From Phallusia mammillata (lineage: Eukaryota): DNA of 64,000 nt. A model generated the notes under the pieces. That model saw only the letters and a program-made list of their open reading frames with translations. It had not been told where the DNA came from and ran no database searches. Within the stretch, counting starts at the first letter, position 1. Each line of letters starts with the position of its first letter. Shown in pieces: positions 38,101 through 49,700 of this stretch. Made by a program: the position numbers and the translations under genes. The stretch covers positions 27,776,001 through 27,840,000 of the forward strand of contig OZ281494.1 in NCBI GenBank assembly GCA_965637545.1, written 5' to 3'.

Positions 38101-41100
38101 TGTACAAATCCGGGTTTGTCTTCGAAAACATTTGAAAAATCAAAATTTGAAAAACAAAAGTAACACAAAATACAAAAACAAACAACTTGACTTGAAAAGT
38201 CGGTCCCTGAAGTTTATAAAAATGCCTTTCCCACAGTTTTGTGTGTTTACTTCTTAATTCACTTTTCGCATTGAAAGAAGTGGTGCTGCAAAAACAAGCG
38301 TAGCTGTAATTTTCTTTAAGTGCATTTAAGACTACTTCAATCCAATCTCCAAGGTTTTGTCCTGTTCTCATAGCGTCCTTATTTCACCCTCGTTGCTCTT
38401 ACTCCTTAGCACTCGCTATCAGAATGTACGCTTTTTTATACAGGCGAAAGTTCTATATCTCAATTATTTCTTTCATTGCAAAAACGATAAATTTAATTTT
38501 TTTTTAAATGAGTTGAACAAATTTATTGCGCAAGCAATTTAAAAATCACCGAACATAGTATAGTGCAAAGTATATCAACATTTTTGGAGGAATAATTCAA
38601 TATGAGCATATTTGTTAAAATTCGACCGAATCTATTAATTTGACCTAGTCCCACATGTGTTGCCTTTTTCATGTTCAAATAAAAATGCATAACTGTTAAT
38701 CGTTAAAAATGGTCAATATGTCGATTACATTGAAGAAACAGCTAAACGTAGGCTGCCGTAGCCTACTCAGTAACCTATATACCACGGTTATTTTAGGTTT
38801 CAAAACTTTTTTAAAAAATAAAGTTTTTTTCAACATTAAGGTTCAAAATCTCGCCCACAAAAATATTTGCCTACATTCAGCCTCCAAAACATGTCCAATT
38901 TATTCGTTTGGGGTAATTTTACCGTTAGTTGAAAACCTCTAGTATACAACATAAAAAATGTATCAAAGTCTTGCAAGTATGTTCGGTTTATTTCTTATAA
39001 ATCAACCTATCCGGTGTAAGTTTGTTTCAAAAATCTTTCTGCTTTATCCTCAGGAAAGCGTCCCACATCGACACACAGAGGCTAGCAAAACAACGAATGG
39101 ACAAAACGGCAAAATCTATCAGCGTCGACCAAAACCACCTCTTTCCTATATTGCGCTCATCGCTATGGCCATAAAAGAATCACCCAACGGTTAGAACATT
39201 TAAAAAAATAATTTCCTAACGTATGAAATTGTTATTTCGTGATTCTAATGAAATGCACATTACTTGCATTGCGTTTATTGACATTGGAACACAATACACA
39301 GTCATAACACGTCTTTGTAGAGAGTAGAAGGAAAACACTTAAGTTTGGACTGTAATTGGATGCCATTTCTTGACAATTACAATAGCAGTACAGTCAAAAA
39401 TTAAAACAACCATTCTTGAACTTGAACTTTTTGCTGTAAATATTTAGCAAATTCTATTAAACAATACACAACAGACAGATAGGCTACGTGTTTTTTAAGT
39501 GGAAGTTTAATTTAACAAAAATGTCGTTCAACTGGTGTTAATGTTAAACAAAAATACTAGTTGTTTCTATCCATAACTTGTATTTTCGCTGACGTTTCGT
39601 CCACCAGAACGGTAGGACTTCTTCAGAGCAATGAATGACGAATGCAAGCAACAAGCGAAAGGCGCAAGAACAGCGTGATACCATGAAAAATAATTATATT
39701 ATAACAAAGGCCATCCGAAAAGAGTAGCGTCCGTTGCAAAACGATGAAGCGGCACTAATGTCCGAAATTTGATGGATTGGTCGGGCGTCTTGGGTGGATT
39801 CCTTTTCAAACCGTTGGTACATCGAGCTGTCCCCTAGGAGCGATTGAGCCTAAGTTCGTAATGTAGTCTATCCAAATCTGATGTGGCCATATTCTTTTTT
39901 GATGGTACCGATATCGACTGCCTTGACATACCTTCTGACCGCTGATAGACTCGCTTCATTATAATCTCTTCTGATAATAGAAAATGCTGTACAGGCGTTT
40001 TCGTCCACCAGGTTGCATATAGTCCTACCGTTCTGGTGGACGAAACGTCAGCGAAAATACAAGTTATGGATAGAAACAACTAGTATTTTTGTTTAACATT
40101 AACACCAGTTGAACGACATTTTTGTTAAATATGCAACCTGGTGGACGAAAACGCCTGGAAGTTTAATCTCGGTTAAGCAACCAAAGAATTTTAAATGTTA
40201 ACTGCAGCAATCAAAATCTATAAATAACTAATGGCAACATTAGAACTTTAACTGTAGAATATACGAGCTAATCGCTAGCACTTCAAATGTCAGGAGGCTG
40301 GGATTGCCAAAACACCACGTACACAAACTGCCACATAAACTTATACAACATCGCCCGGGCAAATTCGTAATGACCATTGAAAATTTACGTCCGAGTTTGG
40401 AGGCCTCTCGACAAGCACTCGCACAAGATCGGGCTTAAATAAACGGAACACGGAGTGGTTCTGACGAAATCCTTTAGATAAATAAAGCCCTGTATAGTTT
40501 GTTTACCCCGTGGTCACTTAACTAAAGCTACGAAAACCGGAGGCTGAAAAAAATCATCCGGGAGCCGCGATGGGAGGGCTAAACGAACGCGCCCTTTATT
40601 ACAAGCGCTCTCCGACAATGGACTTATTCGAATCGTTTGTCCCTGGCGACGAAATGGAACGCTGCGATTGTGCGCAGGCCATTTTCTTGTTTATGCAAGC
40701 CGACAATGACGTATTGTGACGACATAGAGCCAGATGTTTGCTCTCCAAACCGTTCTCTTGCTTGATGTTAAGAGAGTGGAGCTTGTGGAAGCGTGTTTAA
40801 ACCAACTATGACTGGGAAATGGGGGATGTTGTTTATATGGACGCAGGATGCGGATTAACGCAGATATCGCTTAAACCGCATCCCGGTCCAAAGACGATTT
40901 TTGTCCAACGCAAGACATGTCCATCACAGAGTGACATAGTCGGGGGAGCTCCTTCAACTCTATATGTGATTTAAATGCAGCGTTATGAATATTTAAATGT
41001 CATTTGACAATTAATGGCTGGCAGCGTTCCATCACAGAGTTACAGGGTCGGGGGATCCTTACTTCAATTCCACTGGGAGCTAAACGCAGGTTCACGAGTA

Positions 41101-42225
41101 TTTGACTGCTAATTAATTAACACTTAATGAAAGAAACCGTTCCAGCAGGGATACATAATTTTTTTAACACCCAAACAGTGATGTTACGGCATTCGGTTCT
41201 TGGTTTGACAAAGCTGATGAGTTATTTAACTATAACTAAAGCAATAGTCACGGAAAAGTTTGCGACTAGAAACTGCAATTTGTAAATAGTGTCATCTTGC
41301 TTTTGATACTTATTTTAGTGCGATATGGTGCATTAAAAAACGTCTTATTGACACAAAATCTGTCCCTTTGGTGTAAATGCATGGAACAAATCTTTTTTGT
41401 GTTTTTGATCAAAAATGGAATTTCGAATGGGCGAAATATCAACACCAAAAAGGTCATTTTATCTAACCACATTCGTACGTGTACCTTACATATATTCATG
41501 TCAATTGTTTATCATTTTTATTAATTATGCTTCTAAATTATGCAGGTAAACTTACACTCGCTGAGATCAACGATTTCCTGATGAAAAAGTTTCCCTTCTT
41601 TCGCGGCTCTTACACTGGATGGCGCAACTCGGTACGTCACAATCTTTCGCTGAACGAATGTTTCCAGAAAATCCTGCGCGATCCGTCGCGACCTTGGGGC
41701 AAAGACAACTACTGGACGATCAACCCCAACAGTGAGTACACATTCGCCGACGGAGTTTTTCGACGTCGCCGCAAACGCATCTCGCGCAAGTTGGGAGGGT
41801 GCCAGCGAATGATGACGTCACCAGCTCCGACTCTTATGTCATCGAGATCAAATTCTACCGATGACTTGCGTAGCAACAGCAGCGAAGGGGAACAGTCATC
41901 ATGCTCGCCTGTACCATTCTCGATCGATAGCATTCTGGCGCGCAAAGACGACAAGGTCAAACGTCAAGGTCACCGCTACCAGCAGAGTTTCTGGAACGCC
42001 GCGCCTCCGTCACCACCCCGTGAGGTCACTCCGTTGTACGTCGCACACCCGTTGCTTGGCTACAAACCGATGGATGCGCTGGCGTACCAGCAGCTAATGC
42101 AGATGCAGGCAGTGCACGCAAGCCTGATGGCTGCCAGTCAGCAGCAACATGTGGCACCAAAGGACATTCTGCTTAACTTCTACAACCCTGTGATGCTCCC
42201 CCACGCCAGGATGGGACACCACTAA
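35130..42225 (+). CDS. FOXQ1: Forkhead box protein Q1 (about 360 aa, 3 coding exons)
   Basis: Exons 35130-35396 (phase 0), 39054-39189 (phase 1), 41546-42225 are frame-consistent. The forkhead domain ([70 protein letters not shown]) is diagnostic of FoxQ1. eh1 motif FSIDSIL. Exon 1 assignment is less certain than exons 2-3. Confidence 0.93.
39512..40156 (-). mobile_element. Young 5'-truncated/inverted Penelope-like (retrozyme-type) insertion in FoxQ1 intron 2
   Basis: 11-bp direct repeat GGAAGTTTAAT at 39501-39511 and 40157-40167. Perfect 110-bp inverted repeat 39510-39619 / 40021-40130. Second perfect 29-bp inverted repeat 39992-40020 / 40129-40157. Contains a hammerhead core. Confidence 0.8.
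39586..39631 (-). ncRNA. Minimal type I hammerhead ribozyme motif
   Basis: Minus strand reads TTGCT-CTGAAGA-A-GTCC(T)ACC-GTTCT-GGT-GGAC-GAAAC-GTC-AGCGA. This gives the core CUGANGA/GAAA, stem II, palindromic ACGU stem III, a GUC cleavage triplet and stem I UUGCU/AGCGA. There is one extra A after the core. Confidence 0.75.
40846..41090. repeat. Hairpin followed by a diverged tandem duplication in FoxQ1 intron 2
   Basis: GGATGCGG-A-TTAA (40846-40858) pairs with TTAA-A-CCGCATCC (40871-40883). About 60-bp direct repeats starting CCATCACAGAGT at 40921 and 41029. Confidence 0.55.
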
Positions 42226-45200
42226 CGAAATCCCGCAAAAAACACTTTTTGCGAACTTTTTTTCAAGCCATGTTCCAACAACGACCCGCCCCTCTCTTTA
42301 GGGGCGCGAAAATTTTATGTGTCATTTTTGTTTCCGCATAGACATCATATATCGTGTGTATTTTTCTCGCACTCACTGTTCTTACGACTACAACGACAAC
42401 GCCCTCTCCTTGTTGTGAGGGCGTTTGACATGACGCACGACGTACTACGTCATGATGACGTTTTGCCTACATCATCAAAAATTCCAAACTGCATTTTACT
42501 GACCGACTGACGGGGAAATCCCCTGTCTGGATAACCTTGCTATGCAAAAAGTTTAAATTGAAATAATTGCCTCAAAATTTCCGGGTGGAAGAAAACTCTT
42601 ACGTGGCCGTTTCAAGGTCGAAATAGAAAAGATGTAAATATATAGACGCGATTTTGCTGTAGAATGATGCTAACAGCTGTAGGATGAAAACATTGACGGC
42701 AAAGTGCATTCGTACAACGTGTAAAAATGGCGACAATAGTGTGGTTCATAAGATGCAAAACTTATTTTGTAACAGGTTGGAATTGTAAAAATACCGAACA
42801 GCAACTGAAAGCAATTGTGTTTTAAGCTTGTAGTATAGCGACATAGTGGTTGGTTGAATTGTGACGTATGAATAGTTTATCTATTCACAAAGACGATTCG
42901 GTTTCCCTGGAAACTGATAAACAAACTTTTAATTGTTGTTTCACACTCACCGCGTATTACACAGATATGCATTATGACGACTCGCTGAAACGCGTATTGA
43001 AAATCCTAACAGTTAAATGTTTCGAAAATTGATAAATTGTTTTTCTATTTTGGAATGTTAATTGCTATTTACATTGTCTCGATTCGCTTGGTTTATCACA
43101 AAGCACATTGCGCCATAACAACGCTCCTTAATGCGGCATCATATAGTTCAAGGAGAGACTTTGAAAATAAATTCATTGGATGAAAACATTTTAGCCCGGC
43201 CCAGTTATTTTATTGATCCTAAATCTACCGTATAATTGCTTTTGATATTGACCCTTTTTAATGGCTTTACCAAACCGCATATAATAACGTTTGAAAATTT
43301 GTTTTTGCTGTGGCGTCAGTCTAATGGGTTTTAAGTACAAGAAAAAATACACATATGAACGACATAAAACCTGTGTGCTAAGTAATCAAGAAAAAAAGTT
43401 TTGAAAAATTTATGTATGATACAGCTGAAGTTTGAAAACTATTAAGAAATTTCACAGAAAAAAATTACTGTTTAACTAAATGCAAAGAGTATTAGTTTAA
43501 ACTTTAAAACAGTAAAAAAAGACAAAAAAACATTTCGTTTACGTTTGTCTGTCATGCGAAATTGATCTAACTTCACCTAGTTTTTCTCCACACTATCGAT
43601 CTATTATCATTTTAAAAAAGGGCGGGATCTCTAAAGATAAGATTACCCTTGTGACAGCATAAAGACAGTAGCCTTTCACGCGATTGTGAGTAAAACAAAC
43701 AAGTATTGTGACGAAACAATGAGCGTTGGTTGGAGGGTTGGATAGGCTCAATGGCTGCCGAGCAATTGAAAGTAAAATTGGTTAAAATCAACATCTGCGA
43801 TAGCCTGGATCAAAGCGGGTAATATTGACGTTGCTATGGGCAACACGGGTGACAATAAACTACTGGGAAAATGGGATTGTGGGAAATTAAATACCAGCCC
43901 TTGTGTGGTGCGAAATTATAATGGGCGGTCTGTTGAAATTGAAAAAGGCGGATAGCTATTGATTCACACGAGCGAATGTGACAATAGGAAGACGGGGGAC
44001 GTTATTTTACTAATCCATTATAAATCATGAATTGTAAAGTTGCACAATTAATAGTTCACTATTGTGTTGGCAACTTCAAACCAAACCTACATATTTGTCA
44101 CCGACAAATTTATTTTAACAAATTGAACGCAAAACACCAAAAAAAGAAAGAAAAGATAAAACTTATAAAAAAGCTAAAGAAAAGATCAATGGGATTCTTT
44201 CTATTTCGAACCGAATGAATTGTTTTACATCGGACCAAATGATTTCAAAATAAACTGCACCTAATTCCAAAGGATCAAGTAAAGCTTTCATAGCAAGCTA
44301 CACACCCACCGTACATCGCTAATCATCAGTCCTGCTGGTTTTGCAAGTTAACTGGCCGTAAAGGAAATATCTCTGAGCATATTGTTTGATTGCTAAAACC
44401 GTTGGGTGGGTGCTTCCGGAGTGCAAATTGTAAAACATTTTGTTATTCGCGTGTTGACAGGTTAAACCAACCCAATCGATTTACGTTTGGGTTGCTGATA
44501 GATTAACCGACCTCAACCAGTTTGCATTTCAGACCCTACAGGTCGAAATTGTTGGAAAGCATGATGTAAATTGTCATTGTAAAATACATGTAGGTTAAGT
44601 ATAAATGCATTGACGTATATCAATAGCACTGTTACCTAAAAGTTTTTGTTAAACTATTTTATTAAATTAAATTCAAAACACTTAGCGTATCAATATATAT
44701 ACGTCACAATTGTGATTTACGGTTTTACTGAAAAGACGCCATTACAGGATTGACGTCTTCAATTTTCGGTTGCCAGACCGAAAACGACCAGGTGCCCTGC
44801 AAATTTGCGCCATAATTTTTTTCAAGCGTAAATAGCATTCAACAACTATGCAGAGTGACGCCATGAAAGGTATTTACCGGTGCTTTATTCGTAAGATCTG
44901 ATATTTCAACAACTACCAAACTGGTTTAAAAAGATTAGTTAAAAAGTAAAAACGAACCCAAAATCAGAATACACTGCAATCAACTCAATAGCGCCACCAC
45001 GCGAAACAAATTTGTAGAAATTATTTTAATAGAGTTCTGGCGTGCGAGATTCGGGTTTAAATTTGTTAATTTCTTTTTAAATGATTTTGCATTTCACATG
45101 TTAGTAAACGTAAAAGGCATGTGTTTCTGTATTCAGGCAATTTGATTTCTATGTTTTACACTTTCCACCTTTTATTTGCCCGCGGAATTGTGTGTCTTTT

Positions 45201-45499
45201 AAAGTAAAAAAACATTGAGCAATTTCGCAACATTCTTGACAGCAGGTGCATTATTTGAAGAGAGTCTGATCATGGTAAATGACTACAAAGGTGCATGGCG
45301 TTTGTCCGAAAGAATTTTGACGTCTGTTGGTCCCTTTTCGAGACTTTCAATTCCATATCTTTTCCCGACAGCAAAGAGGGCCTGCTGATTGAATCACTAG
45401 CTTTGAAAATAAATGGTAAAGATAAGTCGTTATCAACTACGTAAAAATGTAGCTTTAATGCCGTTTGGTCTGTTAAGCAAGAACTTGTCACAGACTTCT

Positions 45500-46230
45500 G
45501 CTAGATGCCCCAAGGGATAAATTAGGCGGCACATTTCGTCTGGAGACACATTAGACGTCCTATTGGTTGACTAAAACGTCCTTGATCAAAGGAATTTCTG
45601 AACAGCAGCAAGGCACAGATGTTAAACGCTACATACAAGATCTTTCAAAACATCCTATCAAAGTAAGATTTGCATTTGAGAGAATGTAAACTGTGAACTG
45701 ATTGTATTTTGTGACGTAATAATAGGCCTGTTGCGTCACAATAACGACTAAAAGAGGTATTTCTTAATTCATGCTTGTCGTAAGCAATATTTTTCCGTTA
45801 GGTCTTTGCGCTTAAAATGCGGGTGTTTGTAGTCAAAATGAAATTGTCAGTGACTAAGTACAAAACATCTTTCTGCCATATTGTTCGTTATGACGTAGTT
45901 ATCATTCTAGTATACATAGCGCGCGTGTTACAGTTTCCCCTGAGTAAATGAATGCTACGCAGATGCCACCCGAGCCGTTAGCAGTCTCCCTATCAATCAA
46001 AACTTCCCTTTTTTCCAGCCGGCATTTGGATATTTCCGGTTTTCCCCTGGGGTAAGAGCGACAGGCGCTGCAAAGACGATTGACCAATCAGCGTCAAGCC
46101 GGCTTACTTACGCCGCTTTATGGGCATGCATAGGGGCTGAAGTTTTTCTCTGGACCCATGAGGTTTAGTATATAAGGGTTTAGGCAGTGGGTATGCAGCA
46201 TAGGTATTGACATACCTAACCAACTACCTG
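45500..46230 (+). promoter_or_regulatory. Myosin promoter and non-coding first exon
   Basis: TATATAAG at 46169, CCAAT at 46084, donor CTG|GTAAGA at 46231. CRE-like TGACGTAA (45712) and TGACGTAG (45891). E-box CAGATG (45960). COE/EBF-like CCCCAAGGGA (45508) and TCCCCTGGGG (46043). Confidence 0.55.
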
Positions 46231-46768
46231 GTAAGATAGTTTGATGTATTTGTTTTAAGATTTCTTGCAACGATGTTGTCATAGAAAATTATTCATGTCA
46301 TCAATTAAAAGCTGATTATACCAATTGTGTAGATTCGGAAGTTTTTAGACTACTCAGGTTACTTGTTTGTAAAGCAGTTGAACTGTCGGAATCGTAACGA
46401 CAATTTGTGACAGAGGCTTGAACGTTGTTGAATAAGATATGTTCTACTGTTTAACTTTTAGTAGTATCTGGTTAGTCCATTGCCGCAAGACTGTATAAAA
46501 TGGTTTATTTAGGAGGTAGTGATTTTCTTGTAATTTGGTTATAAGTATGGAGTTTTTGTTTGAGTTTTGAAACTTACATGCAAGTTACGTTCTTATGTGA
46601 TACAAGTCTAAACACACACAAAAAACAGTCCTAGTGAAAGATTTTACCTCAATCGCCCTATTGTATTTTTGCTGGTTCTAAAATACGTAAAAATGATTAA
46701 TATTAGAACTGATATCGTATCTCTGTTTAGACTTTTCCTTCTGACGTCACTGTCATTATTGTCTCATC

Positions 46769-49700
46769 ATGGTACCGAGGCCCTCCAACAAGGAGACCGC
46801 GAAGGGCAAGTTGCTTAAAATTAAAAAAACAAACATAAAGTTAAAAGATGCAGAATGGTTGATTGCTAAAACTATATGGTTTTCATCTTCATTACAATAT
46901 ACAAGCATTGTGATAAGCAGCAGACAGTGTACTGTATCGACCAATAAGGTATCATCAGTGCAGCTGGTGCCAAGAGGGTTTGTTTCCCAAACAGCTGTTG
47001 TTTGGACATTGTGAACCAGTTCTTGTGTAGCTAATGCCCGGCTGTGGCATCGGACAGGTTGGTGAGGCATGGCTTTTCAGCTTGTTGACCCCAAAAAACT
47101 GGAGTGCCGTACCTTTAAGGTGGCTACACTAGCTCATACGACCGAACTCTCGTTACCAGCTGTCCTGATGAGACCTTATAGGTCGAAACAGTGTGCAATG
47201 TGTGCAGCTTATCTTCATTGAAATTGTTTGCTTTCAAATTAACTGATACAATGAAAACGAAATTGCAAACAAAGAAACTTAAAGTGAACCCTGATAGCAA
47301 TTTTCCGAAACATTTTACACCAAAGCATCAGCACAGTAACATCTTATCTTAACAGGGGAATGCGGCCCCGGGGACGACCCCATGCCGTTTCTAGCGCCCA
47401 CCGAAAAGGAGCAGATGGCATTCGCTTCCCAAACTTACGATGGCAAGAAAAATGTGTGGGTTCCTCACAAGAAAGAAGGATACATCAAAGCCGAAGTTCT
47501 CGATTCATCTGGTGGCAAGGTCACAGTGAAAACTATCAAGAACGAGGTGATTATTTGGCATTGTTACGTCACAGAAAAAAGTTTCCATTTGTGTTGTTAT
47601 TTACTTAGTATTTTTTTAGTGATATTGTATGCAACGTCAATATAAGCGCATTTTTAGGAATTTTGAACGTTATACTATTGCGATATTACTCAGACTAGTT
47701 TGGAACTCTATATACGGCTCTGTTTACAAGTTTAATGACAAAAATAATGGCCCAAATGGACCGAAACAGCGACATACTTTATTATTCAAACGTTTTGGCA
47801 AATGCTCATGCCATCATCAGTGATATCAGAGGCCAAATCACATATAACTGTTTAAATGGGCTGCCCGCTAGTATTTCGTTAGTCCACAAACATCCTTTTG
47901 ACCCCAAAACAAATAAAATCAAAAATTTGAAGGTAATGGCCCAGACTCGGCTGTGAAAAAGTTTCACTACCTTTCGATAACGTCATAATCATTGCGTCAT
48001 CAGACGATCACAGTCAAGGAGGATGACGTACAGCAGATGAACCCTCCCAAGTACGAGCAGACCTCCGATATGGCAAACATGACTCATCTTAATGAGGCAT
48101 CTGTTTTGTACAATCTGAGAAGCAGATACGCAAGCATGAGAATCTACGTAAGTGATGATTGCAAAAGTAATCTCGCCCAAAATATTATGTTACATTGTTA
48201 ACCTTTAGCACACAGTTTCCCCACCAGGAAAAATTTTCCAAGGGAGGGTGAATTTGACATGCTTTAGGAGTATATAATTATTAGCTAAGTTGTGTTAGGT
48301 ATGAAATCTTAGATTGTTTAGGAACTTTTTTAGCACGGGGTAAATCTTCAGCATGCCAAAAAACTTGAGGTAAATTTTTCCATCGAAATCTGCAAAGGAG
48401 TAAATCTGAAAAGACTGTTTGTGAACCTATGCTTTAGTAATATACTTGACAGAAAAACGGCATTTCCTGTGTTTGTTTTTAAGCAAAGGTAAAGTAATGC
48501 CGTCACAAACGTCTTGCAAAAAGATATTAATAACGAACTTTTACAAATGATTAAACTTTACAATTTCTAAAAAATATGTTGTATAGACCTACTCTGGTCT
48601 CTTCTGCGTCTGTGTGAATCCCTACAAGTGGTTGCCAGTGTACGGTGCCAAGGTTGTTGTGATGTTCCGCGGCAAGAAAAGAGCAGAAATGCCGCCTCAT
48701 CTTTTCTCGGTGGCCGACAACGCTTACCACGACATGTTGATGGACAGAGAGAACCAATCTATTCTTATCACGTGAGTGCCTTTTAACCAATCATATTTGA
48801 CAACGTAACCTCAACAAACGAGATGCATTCCATTAACAGTCAGCCATCCCATGTTGTGAGTGGCCGCGTAGTTCAGTTGGGGTTCGGGTTGAAGTTTGAA
48901 AAAAAACATGGTCGATTCGGGCCTGAATTAACACCCATTTGTGCTTGAATTTTACCAATTTTTGGGTCTAATTCGGTATTTTTGAAACTGTTCCGGGTCT
49001 CGACTGGGATTTGCGCTTGTATACTTTCGGTTTTGAGGTCCAAATTCCTAATTTTTAGCCAACATGTATTTTAAGCAAAAACTTGAATCCATTTTATGTC
49101 CATATTAAAAAAAAACGCGACAAAACAAGTCAAAACCAAGCCAGTGGTATAGCCACTTAGTAACAAGTCACCTGACTGTCACAGCCAATCACAAACGTCG
49201 ATTTATACACAGTGGAGAATCTGGTGCTGGAAAGACTGAGAACACCAAGAAGGTCATCCAGTACTTTGCTAACATCGCTGCCCAAACAACTCAGAAGCCT
49301 GACTCAGAGAAGAAAGCGAACTTGGAGGATCAGATTGTGCAGACCAATCCCGTGTTGGAAGCTTGGGGTAACGCCAAAACCATCAGAAACAACAATTCAT
49401 CTCGTTTCGTAAGTTTATTTTTTAAATTTGTTTTGTTGACTTAAGATAACAAATTTAACAGTGCCCATGACTCCGCTTTCGACTGACTCACCGCTGAGTT
49501 TTTGTAACTTAGTTGGTGGAGCGAGTCCCGGAAAGACTCCTGTCGTGGGTTCGAATCCCATGGCAGCTCTTTTTTTCTATCCTACGCCTTGCCATATGGA
49601 ATGCTTGGTGACTGGCTGATTTAGTGTGACGCCTTCAAAAGGTCTGGCGTACTATGATTTGTTTTGTTGATGAACGATTTTACTCTGTTTGCAAACAAAT

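Noticed and set aside
48862-48882. tRNA-like 5' end GGCCGCGTAGTTCAGTTGG
   Set aside because: No B-box or cloverleaf; it aligns with the CAGAGTTGTAAG hAT MITE family.
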